Shown: positions 8,740 through 19,033, numbered from the stretch's first letter. The stretch: 45,079 bases of DNA from Candidatus Iainarchaeum sp. (GCA_021162685.1 JAGGYF010000022.1:1-45079), one strand, 5' to 3'. A program made the numbers and translations. The notes: generated by a model from the sequence alone, not told the origin.

Positions 8740-10929
8740 ATGCCATTTTCTAAAGGCCAGACTGCAACGGAGTTCATAATGATTCTAGCATTTATATTGC
8801 TTTTGATTCTTCCAGTTGCTTACATTGTTTATAGTCAGTTTTCTGAGAGCTCAAGGGTGATGCAAGCACAGGTTGCAGTTGATAGACTGAAAAGGACAGC
8901 AGACATGGTATATTACCAAGCACCTGGAGCAAAACAATTTGTTACGGTCTCCCTGCCCGGTGGAGTAGACTGGACAAATTCATATATAGGTAAGCCAGGC
9001 ACAGCAAACGGAACAGTGCTATCAAAGGAGATTAGTCTTAAAGTGTATACGCGTGCTGGAGCAACAGAGGTATGGAGGTCAACAAAAGGAGAAGTAAAAG
9101 GATATTGGCCTGGTGCTCCAGGAACATATAGGTATATAGTAAAAAAGATGGATGAAGGATACGTTCTTATAGTACCATATGAGATATCCTTCCTACTTGA
9201 CCCATCATCATACTCAACAAACCTACAGCCAGGTGGATCAACAAGCTTTACATTAAATATAACAAATCTGGAGAGCCAAGCAAAGACTATTGATTTAGAT
9301 GCTGGAGGAGATATAGCAACATGGATAAGTTTCAGCGATGATCCTGTTACATTACCGGCTGATGGAAGTGCTACCTCAGAAGTAACTATCACTGTACCAT
9401 CAAATCAAGCATTTGGATATTATACTAGCGAAGTTATAGCAACATATGAAAACGAAACAGCATATGTCTACATAGGTGTTGTTGTTACAGGAACTGGTGT
9501 TGGAGGAGCAGCAAATGTCTCAACAGGTATGCTTCTTGAGATACTATCCCCAGAAAACACAACATACCATGATCCATTGATTCCGTTAATATATTGGACA
9601 AACGAATCAACAAACTGGTGTGGATGGTCACTAAATGGCGGTAGGTTCTACACAGTATCAGATAATACCACAGTATTGGCAACAAAATACGGGTCCAACT
9701 ACTTAGAAATGATGTGCCTGAGTAATGAGGGGGACTATGGCTACGATAATGTTTACTTTACATCTATCTACACAACAACATGTGCAAATAGGACTGTATA
9801 TAGTGCAATACAGGATACACTTGAGGATAACACAGAGCTGGTTTCAGAAAGTGATGACCTAAGGGCAAATATGGAGAATACACAAAAAGGCGTGGATCAC
9901 TATCTAAATGCAACATATCATCCAAATATTGATCCAAGTGCAACAATAGATAGTGTTATAGCATATATTGAACATTATGAAGAACATATATCATTAGCAC
10001 CAAGCATATATTGGTGGAATGGCACCCAGTTTGTACATGTTTGTGATGTGCCAAATGCAGATAGTGATGAAATATTTAGTTGTGTTCTTTCAGAAGTGGA
10101 TACTGTTAGTGAAGTCAATGACCTTCTCATACAATACTATGTGACATCAACTGTCGCAGCACCAAAGAGTGCATTTATAGATTGGTTGACTGTTGAGATA
10201 TGCTTTAGCCCTGGAGTTGACACAACCCCACCAGATGTAACAATAGAAAGCCCACTGAATCAGACATATTATCAGGATTGGGTGTGGATGAATGTCACTT
10301 TGAACGAGAATGGGAGCTGGTGTGGCTATTCATTAGATGGTGCAGCAAATGTAACAATGAACAATGACACAGCAACACACTTCTACTACAACGCCTCATT
10401 GAACTACGGTTCACATAATGTCACATTCTATTGTAATGACACATCTGGAAATATGAATTCAACAACACAGTGGTTTACAACAGCAGCAACAGGATGTAGT
10501 GACATAATACTGGTGGCTGCAGAGGATTCGCAAGGAGAGGATGAAGGATCAGATGTGAACGCAAGTGACGATATAAGGGCAGATATTACAGAAATTAACA
10601 AGAATGCACCACAATGGCTTGTCATGAACTTCACTGGAACAGCTCCAAATGGTGTAACAATAGAGAATGCTACAGCATACATTGAGCACTATGAGGGAGC
10701 AACTATCATAACACCAACATTGCAGTGGTGGGACGGAACTACATGGATAGATCAATGTGTATTGCCAAATAGGGACTCTGATACAATAGACAGCTGTAGT
10801 ATCACAAATATTGACAGCGTAAGTGAGGCAAATGATATTAGACTTAGGATATACTACACATCAACAGCTGCTGCATCAAGAACTGCGTATGTTGATTATG
10901 CAAGGGTGGAGGTGTGTTACACTGTATGA
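8740..10929 (+). CDS. Large class III signal-peptide (pilin-like) protein with Ig-like and duplicated Cys-bounded domains; putative pilus adhesin
   Basis: KG|QTATEF plus hydrophobic helix; internal 238-aa tandem duplication; many N-x-S/T sequons. Confidence 0.8.
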   Translation: MPFSKGQTATEFIMILAFILLLILPVAYIVYSQFSESSRVMQAQVAVDRLKRTADMVYYQAPGAKQFVTVSLPGGVDWTNSYIGKPGTANGTVLSKEISLKVYTRAGATEVWRSTKGEVKGYWPGAPGTYRYIVKKMDEGYVLIVPYEISFLLDPSSYSTNLQPGGSTSFTLNITNLESQAKTIDLDAGGDIATWISFSDDPVTLPADGSATSEVTITVPSNQAFGYYTSEVIATYENETAYVYIGVVVTGTGVGGAANVSTGMLLEILSPENTTYHDPLIPLIYWTNESTNWCGWSLNGGRFYTVSDNTTVLATKYGSNYLEMMCLSNEGDYGYDNVYFTSIYTTTCANRTVYSAIQDTLEDNTELVSESDDLRANMENTQKGVDHYLNATYHPNIDPSATIDSVIAYIEHYEEHISLAPSIYWWNGTQFVHVCDVPNADSDEIFSCVLSEVDTVSEVNDLLIQYYVTSTVAAPKSAFIDWLTVEICFSPGVDTTPPDVTIESPLNQTYYQDWVWMNVTLNENGSWCGYSLDGAANVTMNNDTATHFYYNASLNYGSHNVTFYCNDTSGNMNSTTQWFTTAATGCSDIILVAAEDSQGEDEGSDVNASDDIRADITEINKNAPQWLVMNFTGTAPNGVTIENATAYIEHYEGATIITPTLQWWDGTTWIDQCVLPNRDSDTIDSCSITNIDSVSEANDIRLRIYYTSTAAASRTAYVDYARVEVCYTV

Positions 10930-11342
10930 AAAGTGGACAGACTGCCCTGGAATTCTTAATAACATTTGCAGTACTTGGGTTGATATTCGTAGTATTTTCA
11001 GTATACATCGCTGATCAATTTGTTTTCTTTTACAGTGTTACTGCAAGCAATGATGATACAAAGCAGATTGCATCAATAGTGGCATCAGAGATTGACAGGG
11101 CATATGTAATGGGAGAAGGATACTCACATAATTTTACACTTCCAGAAGGTGCAGCAGGAAAGGATTATTCAATAGTACATAACTCAACACACAAGATTAT
11201 AGAGGTCTATCTAACAGACAATCAGGATAGATTTGGCTCATCAAGATACATTGCAGAAAACGTGACAATCAAGGATGTTGGGCCTGGAGAAAATGTTGTA
11301 TATGTATCAAAGGAGGGGGTTGTAGTATATGGGAGTCATTAG
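10926..11342 (+). CDS. Minor pilin (class III signal peptide)
   Basis: Start trimmed to MKSG|QTALEF, overlapping the upstream stop (ATGA). Confidence 0.85.
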   Translation: MKSGQTALEFLITFAVLGLIFVVFSVYIADQFVFFYSVTASNDDTKQIASIVASEIDRAYVMGEGYSHNFTLPEGAAGKDYSIVHNSTHKIIEVYLTDNQDRFGSSRYIAENVTIKDVGPGENVVYVSKEGVVVYGSH

Positions 11343-11372
11343 CTTGCCCCACAATAATGGTGAGGAGGCAAT

Positions 11373-11813
11373 ATGAGAAGGGGGCAATTATTCACACTGG
11401 ACCTATTTAACGCGTATGCAATCTTTCTAGTAGTAATGCTTATCATAACCCTACTTATAGCAAGTGTCTTCTCTATGTCAGCATCAAAACAGCAGTATGA
11501 TGAACTATTAAAAGTTGTTTTGCACGCAGAGGATTATTTAACATATTCGTCTGACCTAAATGATGTTCCGTATAAGTTCAACAAAGAGAAGATAGATACA
11601 TTTCTTGCGCTCCCAGATGATACATTAAGGGATAAGCTAGGAATATACGGATATAATTACAGCATAAAAATCACCCAAATAGTTGGGAATACAGTAAGAG
11701 CAGAGGCAGGTACAGATACCAATGACTACGATATGGCAGTATCGCTATCCCGTGTAGTGATGTATGACAACACAGAATGTTTATTGGTGGTGAAGGTTTG
11801 GAAAAGAGAATGA
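11373..11813 (+). CDS. Minor pilin (class III signal peptide)
   Basis: MRRG|QLFTLD plus hydrophobic helix; SD TGAGGAGG upstream. Confidence 0.85.
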   Translation: MRRGQLFTLDLFNAYAIFLVVMLIITLLIASVFSMSASKQQYDELLKVVLHAEDYLTYSSDLNDVPYKFNKEKIDTFLALPDDTLRDKLGIYGYNYSIKITQIVGNTVRAEAGTDTNDYDMAVSLSRVVMYDNTECLLVVKVWKRE

Positions 11814-12244
11814 GTAGGGGGTATTACCTAACAGTAGACGTAACAATAGCCACTGCATTTGCTATTATAGCCATATCCATGATTTTAATAACACTGCTAA
11901 GCGCTCCTGCATCAAACTATGAAAAGGTTGGTACCCAACGCTTTGGAGAGAGCCTGTTATACACACTAAAAAACGATGGTGCGCTCACTCAAATTGTGCA
12001 GTTGTTGGATAATGGGCATGTACAACAAGGGAAAGCATATATAATACCAAAAATGAAACGGTTTGGAATGAATTATGACATGAGGCTTGAAATCAAAACG
12101 TATGATTCATCAATGAATTCTGTTCATAATTTCACAATAAACTATGGTACATTAAAGAAAGAGTCTTTCAGTGCCTCATTAGCATTCAAGCCAGACAGTA
12201 ATCCTAGTAAATTTGCAATCGCGACCATATATGTAGGTAGTTAA
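11810..12244 (+). CDS. Minor pilin (class III signal peptide)
   Basis: Start trimmed to MSRG|YYLTVD, ATGA overlap. Confidence 0.8.
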   Translation: MSRGYYLTVDVTIATAFAIIAISMILITLLSAPASNYEKVGTQRFGESLLYTLKNDGALTQIVQLLDNGHVQQGKAYIIPKMKRFGMNYDMRLEIKTYDSSMNSVHNFTINYGTLKKESFSASLAFKPDSNPSKFAIATIYVGS

Positions 12245-12245
12245 A

Positions 12246-13322
12246 ATGAGGGGATATTTCTTCTCAACGCTTATCGCCCTCTTGCTTGGGTTTTTGGTAG
12301 TAGTTAGTGTATACTTACTCGTCATGCGTCCTGCTCCTGATGCCTCATCTGAATTCCTCTTATCAACAAAGGTAGCAACAAAACATCTTGTACATGACAT
12401 CAAAAACGAGTTTAATGTTTCAACAAGTTACTCCTCTGGTATTCTCACAATATATGAAGAAAAGGGGTCTAATACACTATCAAACACGTTGGCAGAATTA
12501 ACACAATGGTCCTCATTTCTTAGCATATATTCTGATTATACAAATATGTCATTTTCACTTGATATGTATAATGTATCCACATATCTCAACAATGGTATAC
12601 TTGTACTAAGAAATGATGGAATGGAGTATAGATGGCAAGGAGATATGTTTTACTTTAACCATAGTTCAGCTAACATAAATATAACAATAGATACAAACGA
12701 TGTTCTGAACTATACATGGGTTCCTCCATTAGAAAATAGTGGAGATGTTGCAGTTGTTGTTACAGTTGGTAATTATACTTCTGACCAAAAATGGGTGAAA
12801 TATGGAACATCCTACATCGGGTTCTTTAATCTCACCTCAGATTCAAATATCACCATAAATTTCACAGAAAGCGCAAACATAATAATAAACTATACAAATG
12901 CTCCAAGCACATTCAACCAAACCATTGATATATCTTCTGGGATAAAATGGATGTACCCCATTTTTGGAGATGAACGTATAGACAGCTCAAGCACAACAAA
13001 CCCTGGGTGGATAGAGCCCTCATACCCAGACGAAGCAAATCCAACAAAGCACTATGGCTCATCATCAAACTATAATTTCATTGTTGCGGATATTAACAAT
13101 GATGGCAGCTATGATGCTCTATATGTGGATACAAACAATGACCTTGATTTCACTGATACTAAAGATATACGTTTCCTCACAAACGGCTCTGTTGCCGACT
13201 TTTCAGGCAAAGCATTTTATACTATATTTGCGAATAATGGCAATTGGATAGAAATATATAAGGTTTTAGCAGTATATGCTTCAGATAGTAGTGGAACAGC
13301 AATAAAACCCGTGAAGGTGTGA
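12246..13322 (+). CDS. Pilin-like secreted protein with putative Ca2+-binding loops
   Basis: MRG|YFFSTL plus hydrophobic helix; DINNDGSYD and DTNNDLDFTD motifs. Confidence 0.75.
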   Translation: MRGYFFSTLIALLLGFLVVVSVYLLVMRPAPDASSEFLLSTKVATKHLVHDIKNEFNVSTSYSSGILTIYEEKGSNTLSNTLAELTQWSSFLSIYSDYTNMSFSLDMYNVSTYLNNGILVLRNDGMEYRWQGDMFYFNHSSANINITIDTNDVLNYTWVPPLENSGDVAVVVTVGNYTSDQKWVKYGTSYIGFFNLTSDSNITINFTESANIIINYTNAPSTFNQTIDISSGIKWMYPIFGDERIDSSSTTNPGWIEPSYPDEANPTKHYGSSSNYNFIVADINNDGSYDALYVDTNNDLDFTDTKDIRFLTNGSVADFSGKAFYTIFANNGNWIEIYKVLAVYASDSSGTAIKPVKV

Positions 13323-13570
13323 ATATGGAACCAAGAATTGAAACAAAAGTGGATGAATTCCTCATGATGATAAGAGAAAAGAAGAAGGTTCCCATAGAGG
13401 ACATAAAGTTCAGGTTGAATGTTTCTGATGAATTGCTTGAGAAATGGATATTGATGTTTGAGGAGAAAGGTCTCATAAAGAGGATATATCCCGCAAATCC
13501 ATTAGATGTGCCGTATATCGTGCTAACTGAAAGACATGTAGAGGAGGAAGAGGAATATGGAGAAGAGTGA
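13319..13570 (+). CDS. Small winged-helix-like protein
   Basis: KVPIEDIKFRLNVSDELLEKWILMFEEKGLI is an HTH-wing pattern; overlaps both neighbours. Confidence 0.65.
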   Translation: MNMEPRIETKVDEFLMMIREKKKVPIEDIKFRLNVSDELLEKWILMFEEKGLIKRIYPANPLDVPYIVLTERHVEEEEEYGEE

Positions 13571-14987
13571 GATAATAGAGAAATTTGACGAAGCATTGAA
13601 CGCAATTGCTGAGAAGGTAGCTGAAACAAATGATGAATCACTTATGAGCGAGTTTAACAGGATAAGCGAGAAAAGAAAAGAGCTTAAGAAATTATTGGAG
13701 GAGGGGGATGAAGAAGGAGCAATAAGCATACTCACTGAGCTTATATCATTTGGGGAGAGAATTGAAAAATCAAAGAAAAAAGGATTTTTTGAGCGATTGT
13801 TTGGAGGAAAACCAGAGGTCAAGGTTGCAACAGAAGAAGAAACAAAGAAGTGGATTGTAAAATCACCAAAGGAGAGCAAGGAGATTGAAGCAAGAATTGA
13901 ACAAATTGAACGTTTGCATGAGATGGAGATGGAGAAATTACAGAAACAACTAGCTGAGGCGCGCTTAGAGATAGAAGGATTGAAAGGAGCATACACGAGG
14001 ATGGCAGAAGAGTTAAGTAAGCATAAGAGGGAGATTGATAAAGAGAATATAAAGGACGTCACACAGCTGAAGATGAAGGTTAAAGAGCTAAAATCCTCAC
14101 TTGACAAAATGCATGAAATGGTTGAGAAGGAGCTAGGATTCAGTAAATCTGCTTATAAGGAATTTGGCTCCGAATTGCTTTATTTGGCAACAAAGGTTGC
14201 TGAAATAGAGGATGCAATTGATAGAGAGGATGTAATAACAGATGCAGACATCGCATCTTTAAAACAGCATATTGTTGAACTTGAAGGAAAACTGAGGAGG
14301 ATAGAAGCAAATGAAAAACTTGCAAGAATTGAGCTTTTAAAACAACTAAGAAAGGACCAGAAGAGGATGCTGAAGGAACTTGAAAACAAGCAAAAAGCAA
14401 GAACTAAGAAGTTTTTGGATGGACTATCAAAGAGGGTTGAGGAATTAACAAATGAAGTAGAGGATAGGCAAAACAGGATATCGGCAGAAGTTCATAAAGA
14501 GCTTAAGCAATCGTATGAAAAACTTGTTGACCAGTTGTGGAAATTACAGGATGAAATACAAAAGATGAAAGAAAGAAAATCTGTGAAGTCATCTGACATT
14601 GAGAAGATATCAAAATCCATACTAAAGCTATCAAAAACATTGGACAAACTTGAAGAGCAAGAATTGCCATCCATTGAGGAAGAAGTAAAGAAACAGGAAG
14701 TAGAGGACATGTCACTTGCAAAGAAGATAGAGTTACTTGGTAAACGTATAGATATCCTAGAACAGCGGGTTGAACAGAAACTTGGAGATGAGGATCTAAA
14801 AGCGATTCTTGAAAGAATTGAGGATGTAAGGGCTTCGCTCAGAGCATTGCATCCAAATGTAAAAAAGAAGGTAGAAAAGAAAAGGAAGGCTAAAAAGAAG
14901 GGACAGAAGAAGAAGGATAAAACAAAGAAGAAAACAACAAAAAAGGGGAAAAAGAGTACTAAAAAGAAGGGGAGGAAGAGGAGATGA
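13557..14987 (+). CDS. Long coiled-coil protein with amphipathic helix and Lys-rich C-terminal tail
   Basis: E/K/L heptads over about 300 aa; KKGFFERLFGG; tail KKKVEKKRKAKKKGQKKK...KKKGRKRR. Confidence 0.8.
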   Translation: MEKSEIIEKFDEALNAIAEKVAETNDESLMSEFNRISEKRKELKKLLEEGDEEGAISILTELISFGERIEKSKKKGFFERLFGGKPEVKVATEEETKKWIVKSPKESKEIEARIEQIERLHEMEMEKLQKQLAEARLEIEGLKGAYTRMAEELSKHKREIDKENIKDVTQLKMKVKELKSSLDKMHEMVEKELGFSKSAYKEFGSELLYLATKVAEIEDAIDREDVITDADIASLKQHIVELEGKLRRIEANEKLARIELLKQLRKDQKRMLKELENKQKARTKKFLDGLSKRVEELTNEVEDRQNRISAEVHKELKQSYEKLVDQLWKLQDEIQKMKERKSVKSSDIEKISKSILKLSKTLDKLEEQELPSIEEEVKKQEVEDMSLAKKIELLGKRIDILEQRVEQKLGDEDLKAILERIEDVRASLRALHPNVKKKVEKKRKAKKKGQKKKDKTKKKTTKKGKKSTKKKGRKRR

Positions 14988-15343
14988 AGATACCACAATT
15001 CCTCAAAACCTTCCTCAAGAAAAGGGAGGAAGAAGAGACATTTGAACCTACAGAGATCTCACCAGGCGATATTGAAAGAATTGAGGAGATAAAGAAGTGG
15101 CTAAAAGAGGGGAAAACAGAGGAGTGGATATATAAGGAAATGAAGAAGATGGGATACATTGACTATCATATTGATTTTCTATTGAGAAAGGCGACAGGGA
15201 GAAAAGAAGAAAGACCCCCTGAGGAACTACTTGAAAGAAAGAGGCTTAGGGAACTGAAGAAAAAGGAGATAAGAGACACCCTCATTGCTGTTGCTATTTT
15301 GGCTATTGTTATATTCATTATCTCCAAGTTAAAAGGTGGTTAA
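14984..15343 (+). CDS. Small C-terminally membrane-anchored protein
   Basis: C-terminal TM helix LIAVAILAIVIFII; helical IKKWLKEGKTEEWI..MGY module; ATGA coupling. Confidence 0.7.
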   Translation: MKIPQFLKTFLKKREEEETFEPTEISPGDIERIEEIKKWLKEGKTEEWIYKEMKKMGYIDYHIDFLLRKATGRKEERPPEELLERKRLRELKKKEIRDTLIAVAILAIVIFIISKLKGG

Positions 15344-17048
15344 ATTGGCAAAGAAGGTAAGAGAAGCATTGAGTGAGCTTGAAGAACTGAAGAAGAGGCT
15401 GGGTACAGAGGGGATTGAGACAAAAGTGAAGGTACCAGTGAAGAAGGTAAAACCAGTAAAGAAGGTCTCAAAACTTCCGAAATTAAAGCGATTGAAAAAG
15501 CTTGGAGAGGATATTGCAGGAGTTGAAGTACAAATAATAGGGCATGCAACCGGCAAGGTATTACAAAAATACTCACTTGTGGCAAAACATATACCTATAA
15601 CTGTCAGAATTGTAAAACCAAAAAAGGAGTATACTCCCATATATGACTTATACCTTCCAGATATGGGAGACGGAACAAGGATCCTCTTATCCTACATAAG
15701 AGAAAAGATAACATCCACTGTTGGAATCCAAGCAAGAGAGGTACTTGATATAAAACTTTCAGATATAATGGAGAGGAAATATAGGAATGCCGCAATAAAG
15801 CAGATTGATTATTATATACCTGGGCTTGATGAAAAGACAAAAACCCTTTTAGCTAACTATCTCATAAATGACATGCTGGGTTTAGGGAAACTTGAGCTTC
15901 TGCTTGCAGATGACGGTCTTGAAGAGATCGTTGTGAACAATGCAAGCGAACCCATCTGGGTATATCATAAGATATACGGATGGTTGAAAACAAACCTCAA
16001 AGCAAGGGACGAAAAGCAGATATCAGATTATGCAAATGCCATAGGAAGAAGAGCAGAGAGACAAATAAACACCCTGAATCCATTAATGGATGCGCATTTG
16101 CCAACAGGTGAGAGAACAAATGCTACATTGTTCCCTATATCAACAAAAGGGAATACAATAACAATAAGAAAATTCGCAAGAGAACCATGGTCTATAACAG
16201 ACTTTATTGAAAATAATACATTAAGTGTTGACATAGCTGCATTTATATGGACAGCAATGCAGTATGAGATGAATATGATTATCTCTGGTGGTACTGCATC
16301 AGGAAAAACATCTATGTTGAATGTTGTGAGCCCATTCCTCCCACCAAATCACAGAATCATATCTATTGAAGACACGAGGGAATTGCGTTTACCAAGCTAT
16401 CTGCATTGGGTCCCAATGGTCACAAGGCAGCCGAATCCAGAGGGAAAAGGTGGGGTTTCAATGCTACAACTCATGGTAAACTCATTGAGAATGAGACCAG
16501 ATAGGATCCTTGTTGGTGAGATCAGAAGGCATGATGAAGCACAGGTGCTGTTTGAAGCGATGCACACTGGTCACTCTGTATACTCAACATTACACGCAAA
16601 CACTGCTGATGAAGTGAGAAGGAGGTTAATCACACCACCATTATCCATATCAGAAACACTACTAGAATCTCTGCATCTTGTTTGTGTTCAGTTTAGACAT
16701 AGAAAATTGGGCATAAGGAGGACATTAGAACTTGCAGAAGTTATCCCAACAGGAGAAGGAACAATATCCATGAGAACTTTGTTTAGATGGAGAGCTGGCC
16801 AAGATATATTCAGCCAGGTAAAAGAATCAATACGTGTGCTTCCAGAAATAGAGATGTTTACGGGAATGACACCCGCTGAGGTTAGCGATGAGATGGAGAA
16901 TAAGAAGACGATATTGAAATGGTTGGTGAAACAGAACGTGAGGAAGATTGATGATATTGGATTGATTATTGGTAAGTATTATGTTGATCCATCATCTGTG
17001 GTAAATGCTGCTAAAAAGAATCTTGGACCAGAGGTGCTATTCAAGTGA
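15336..17048 (+). CDS. Type IV pilus assembly ATPase (CpaF/TadA/ArlI family)
   Basis: Walker A GGTASGKT, Asp box IEDTRE, Walker B RPDRILVGE, His box HTGH..TLHA. Confidence 0.95.
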   Translation: MVKLAKKVREALSELEELKKRLGTEGIETKVKVPVKKVKPVKKVSKLPKLKRLKKLGEDIAGVEVQIIGHATGKVLQKYSLVAKHIPITVRIVKPKKEYTPIYDLYLPDMGDGTRILLSYIREKITSTVGIQAREVLDIKLSDIMERKYRNAAIKQIDYYIPGLDEKTKTLLANYLINDMLGLGKLELLLADDGLEEIVVNNASEPIWVYHKIYGWLKTNLKARDEKQISDYANAIGRRAERQINTLNPLMDAHLPTGERTNATLFPISTKGNTITIRKFAREPWSITDFIENNTLSVDIAAFIWTAMQYEMNMIISGGTASGKTSMLNVVSPFLPPNHRIISIEDTRELRLPSYLHWVPMVTRQPNPEGKGGVSMLQLMVNSLRMRPDRILVGEIRRHDEAQVLFEAMHTGHSVYSTLHANTADEVRRRLITPPLSISETLLESLHLVCVQFRHRKLGIRRTLELAEVIPTGEGTISMRTLFRWRAGQDIFSQVKESIRVLPEIEMFTGMTPAEVSDEMENKKTILKWLVKQNVRKIDDIGLIIGKYYVDPSSVVNAAKKNLGPEVLFK

Positions 17049-17926
17049 GTTATTTCCCTCCTATGCCATTCAATAGGGAAAAAAGTAAAGCAATTGCTAG
17101 AGACCTTGCGTTTTTGGGATACCAACTCATAAGATTTAGACCAAACATATTAGCTGAAGTAGCACAAGCAGAGATAGATATAGTGCCTGACTACTATCCA
17201 ACATTAGCATTGCTCTCCGCATTATATCAAGGAGCCATTATATTCGGGCTAACAACTGTTCTCATATGGGTTCTAAAACGCATGGAGCTTATATGGCTGA
17301 CAATACTCGTTGGTCTTGTTGTATTTGGCTTCTCATTGTTCAGAAACCTCGCATACCCTGCATTTATTGTTAGACAGAGGGTTAAAAGTATTGAGAGGGA
17401 CCTATTATATGCATTGAGGCATCTCTCCATACAAGTAAAAGGGGGTAGCCCAGTATTCAACGCGATTGTATCTGTTGCAGAAGCAGGTTATGGAACAATC
17501 TCTGATGAATTCGCGAGGGTTGTTCAGGAAGTGAACACAGGGGAGTCTATAGAAAGCGCATTGGAACAGATGGCGCTAAGGAACCCCTCGCTTTATCTGA
17601 GAAGGGCAGTATGGCAGATTGTCAATGCATTGAGGACAGGAACAGACATGGGAAAAACACTATCAATTGTTGTTGAGCATTTTACTGGTGAACAAAGAGT
17701 GCTATTACAGAAGTTTGCAAAGGAGTTGGGGCCTTGGGCAATGATGTATATGATGCTTACTGTAATCTTTCCTACATTAAGTATCACATTGTTCCTTATA
17801 ATATCATCACTATCACAATTGCAATTAAGTGAGAGTGCATTACTTGGATTTGTTGTGGTGTCTGGCATTGTCCAGTATTTCTTCATGCAGATGCTAAAAC
17901 AGAAAAGACCTGCAATGAGGTGGTAA
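17045..17926 (+). CDS. Type IV pilus platform membrane protein (TadB/TadC, T2SS-F domain)
   Basis: TM-soluble-TM layout; YGTISDEF..V..EVNTG.S.ESALEQMA.RNPS. Confidence 0.9.
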   Translation: MSYFPPMPFNREKSKAIARDLAFLGYQLIRFRPNILAEVAQAEIDIVPDYYPTLALLSALYQGAIIFGLTTVLIWVLKRMELIWLTILVGLVVFGFSLFRNLAYPAFIVRQRVKSIERDLLYALRHLSIQVKGGSPVFNAIVSVAEAGYGTISDEFARVVQEVNTGESIESALEQMALRNPSLYLRRAVWQIVNALRTGTDMGKTLSIVVEHFTGEQRVLLQKFAKELGPWAMMYMMLTVIFPTLSITLFLIISSLSQLQLSESALLGFVVVSGIVQYFFMQMLKQKRPAMRW

Positions 17927-17948
17927 CATAGAGGAAACAAGAGAGAGC

Positions 17949-18965
17949 ATGGTAAAAAGATTTAGTTCAGTGATAGCTCAAACAACTCCATTGCATTATA
18001 CTGAACTTATAGAAAGACAGTTGGTATATGCAGGATTGAAGATAGGAGTAGGGTTGTGGCTCTTTGGAACAGGTATCTTATCTATCCTTCTCTCCATTGG
18101 CTCAACAATATTGCTATGGACATTGATTAAATATGAACTACCCATGTGGCTGATGTTGTTACCACTCCCTATTTTCTTCATCATATTCATGCTTGCTTTC
18201 TATAACATACTCGTATACTTTGGAAAGAAAAGGGCAAATCAGATAGAATCTGTTCTTCCAGACGCATTACAACTTATAGCAGCAAATATGAGGGCAGATA
18301 TCCCCATACATAAGAGCCTTGTTTTAGCCGCAAGACCAGAATTTGGATTACTTGCAAAACAACTTGAACTTATAGGTGAAGAGATTATAACAGGAAACTC
18401 GGTTGATGTAGCATTTGAGCATTTCTCACAAAGGGTTGACTCCCCACTTGTTAGGAGAGTATCAACACTTATGAGGGAAAGCCTGAGGTCAGGTCATGAT
18501 ATTGCTGGTCTTCTAGAGGGAATGGCGCACGATATAAGAACATTTAGGGTTCTTGAGGAAGAGGCAAGAGCGAACATTGCATCTTATATTGTGTTTATCG
18601 TCATGGCAGTTGTTCTGATAGCTCCTGTTCTTTACTCCATATCAATATCTTTTGTAGACCTATCAACTACAGTCAGAGAAAGGCTGAATATTGGCGAGAT
18701 GAGGGGGGCAGTGGCATCTGCTGGAGCATCATTGGCTGGATGGATAACTGCAGAACAGAGTATAACCCCAGATACGCTTGTCATATTTGCAGGCGCAAAC
18801 CTCTTTGTCTCAGCAATATTTGCTGCACTTGTTGTCTCTGTACTACAAACTGGAGAAAGCTTACAAAACCTCCCACTTGTTCCCATCTTTGTTGCTGTCT
18901 CACTGGGTCTGTTTATCGCAGCCATTACAGTATTGAGAAGCGTCCTACTTGGAATGTTTGGGTAG
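17949..18965 (+). CDS. Second type IV pilus platform membrane protein (TadC, T2SS-F domain)
   Basis: IESVLPDALQLIAANMRA..ARPEFGLL motif; TM helices. Confidence 0.9.
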   Translation: MVKRFSSVIAQTTPLHYTELIERQLVYAGLKIGVGLWLFGTGILSILLSIGSTILLWTLIKYELPMWLMLLPLPIFFIIFMLAFYNILVYFGKKRANQIESVLPDALQLIAANMRADIPIHKSLVLAARPEFGLLAKQLELIGEEIITGNSVDVAFEHFSQRVDSPLVRRVSTLMRESLRSGHDIAGLLEGMAHDIRTFRVLEEEARANIASYIVFIVMAVVLIAPVLYSISISFVDLSTTVRERLNIGEMRGAVASAGASLAGWITAEQSITPDTLVIFAGANLFVSAIFAALVVSVLQTGESLQNLPLVPIFVAVSLGLFIAAITVLRSVLLGMFG

Positions 18966-18979
18966 TTTAAACCATAACG

Positions 18980-19027
18980 TTTATAAATAGATGTCTCGTA
19001 ATTGCCATAAATAACTGATAAGGAGGT
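18980..19027 (+). promoter_or_regulatory. Internal promoter (TATA) and strong SD for the major pilin
   Basis: TTTATAAA at 18980-18987; AGGAGGT at 19021-19027 before ATG 19034. Confidence 0.6.
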
Positions 19028-19033
19028 CTGGGA

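Noticed and set aside
14862-14984. A-rich simple repeat or CRISPR-like periodicity
   Set aside because: Explained by Lys codons in the protein tail; no repeat-spacer array was seen anywhere in the window.
13557-14987. SMC/Rad50 ATPase
   Set aside because: No Walker motifs, hinge or zinc hook.
13523-14998. Long antisense ORFs (194, 168 aa) and other shadow ORFs such as 26871-27668, 28978-29616 and 43827-44582
   Set aside because: S/F/L-rich mirror translations of well-supported genes on the opposite strand.
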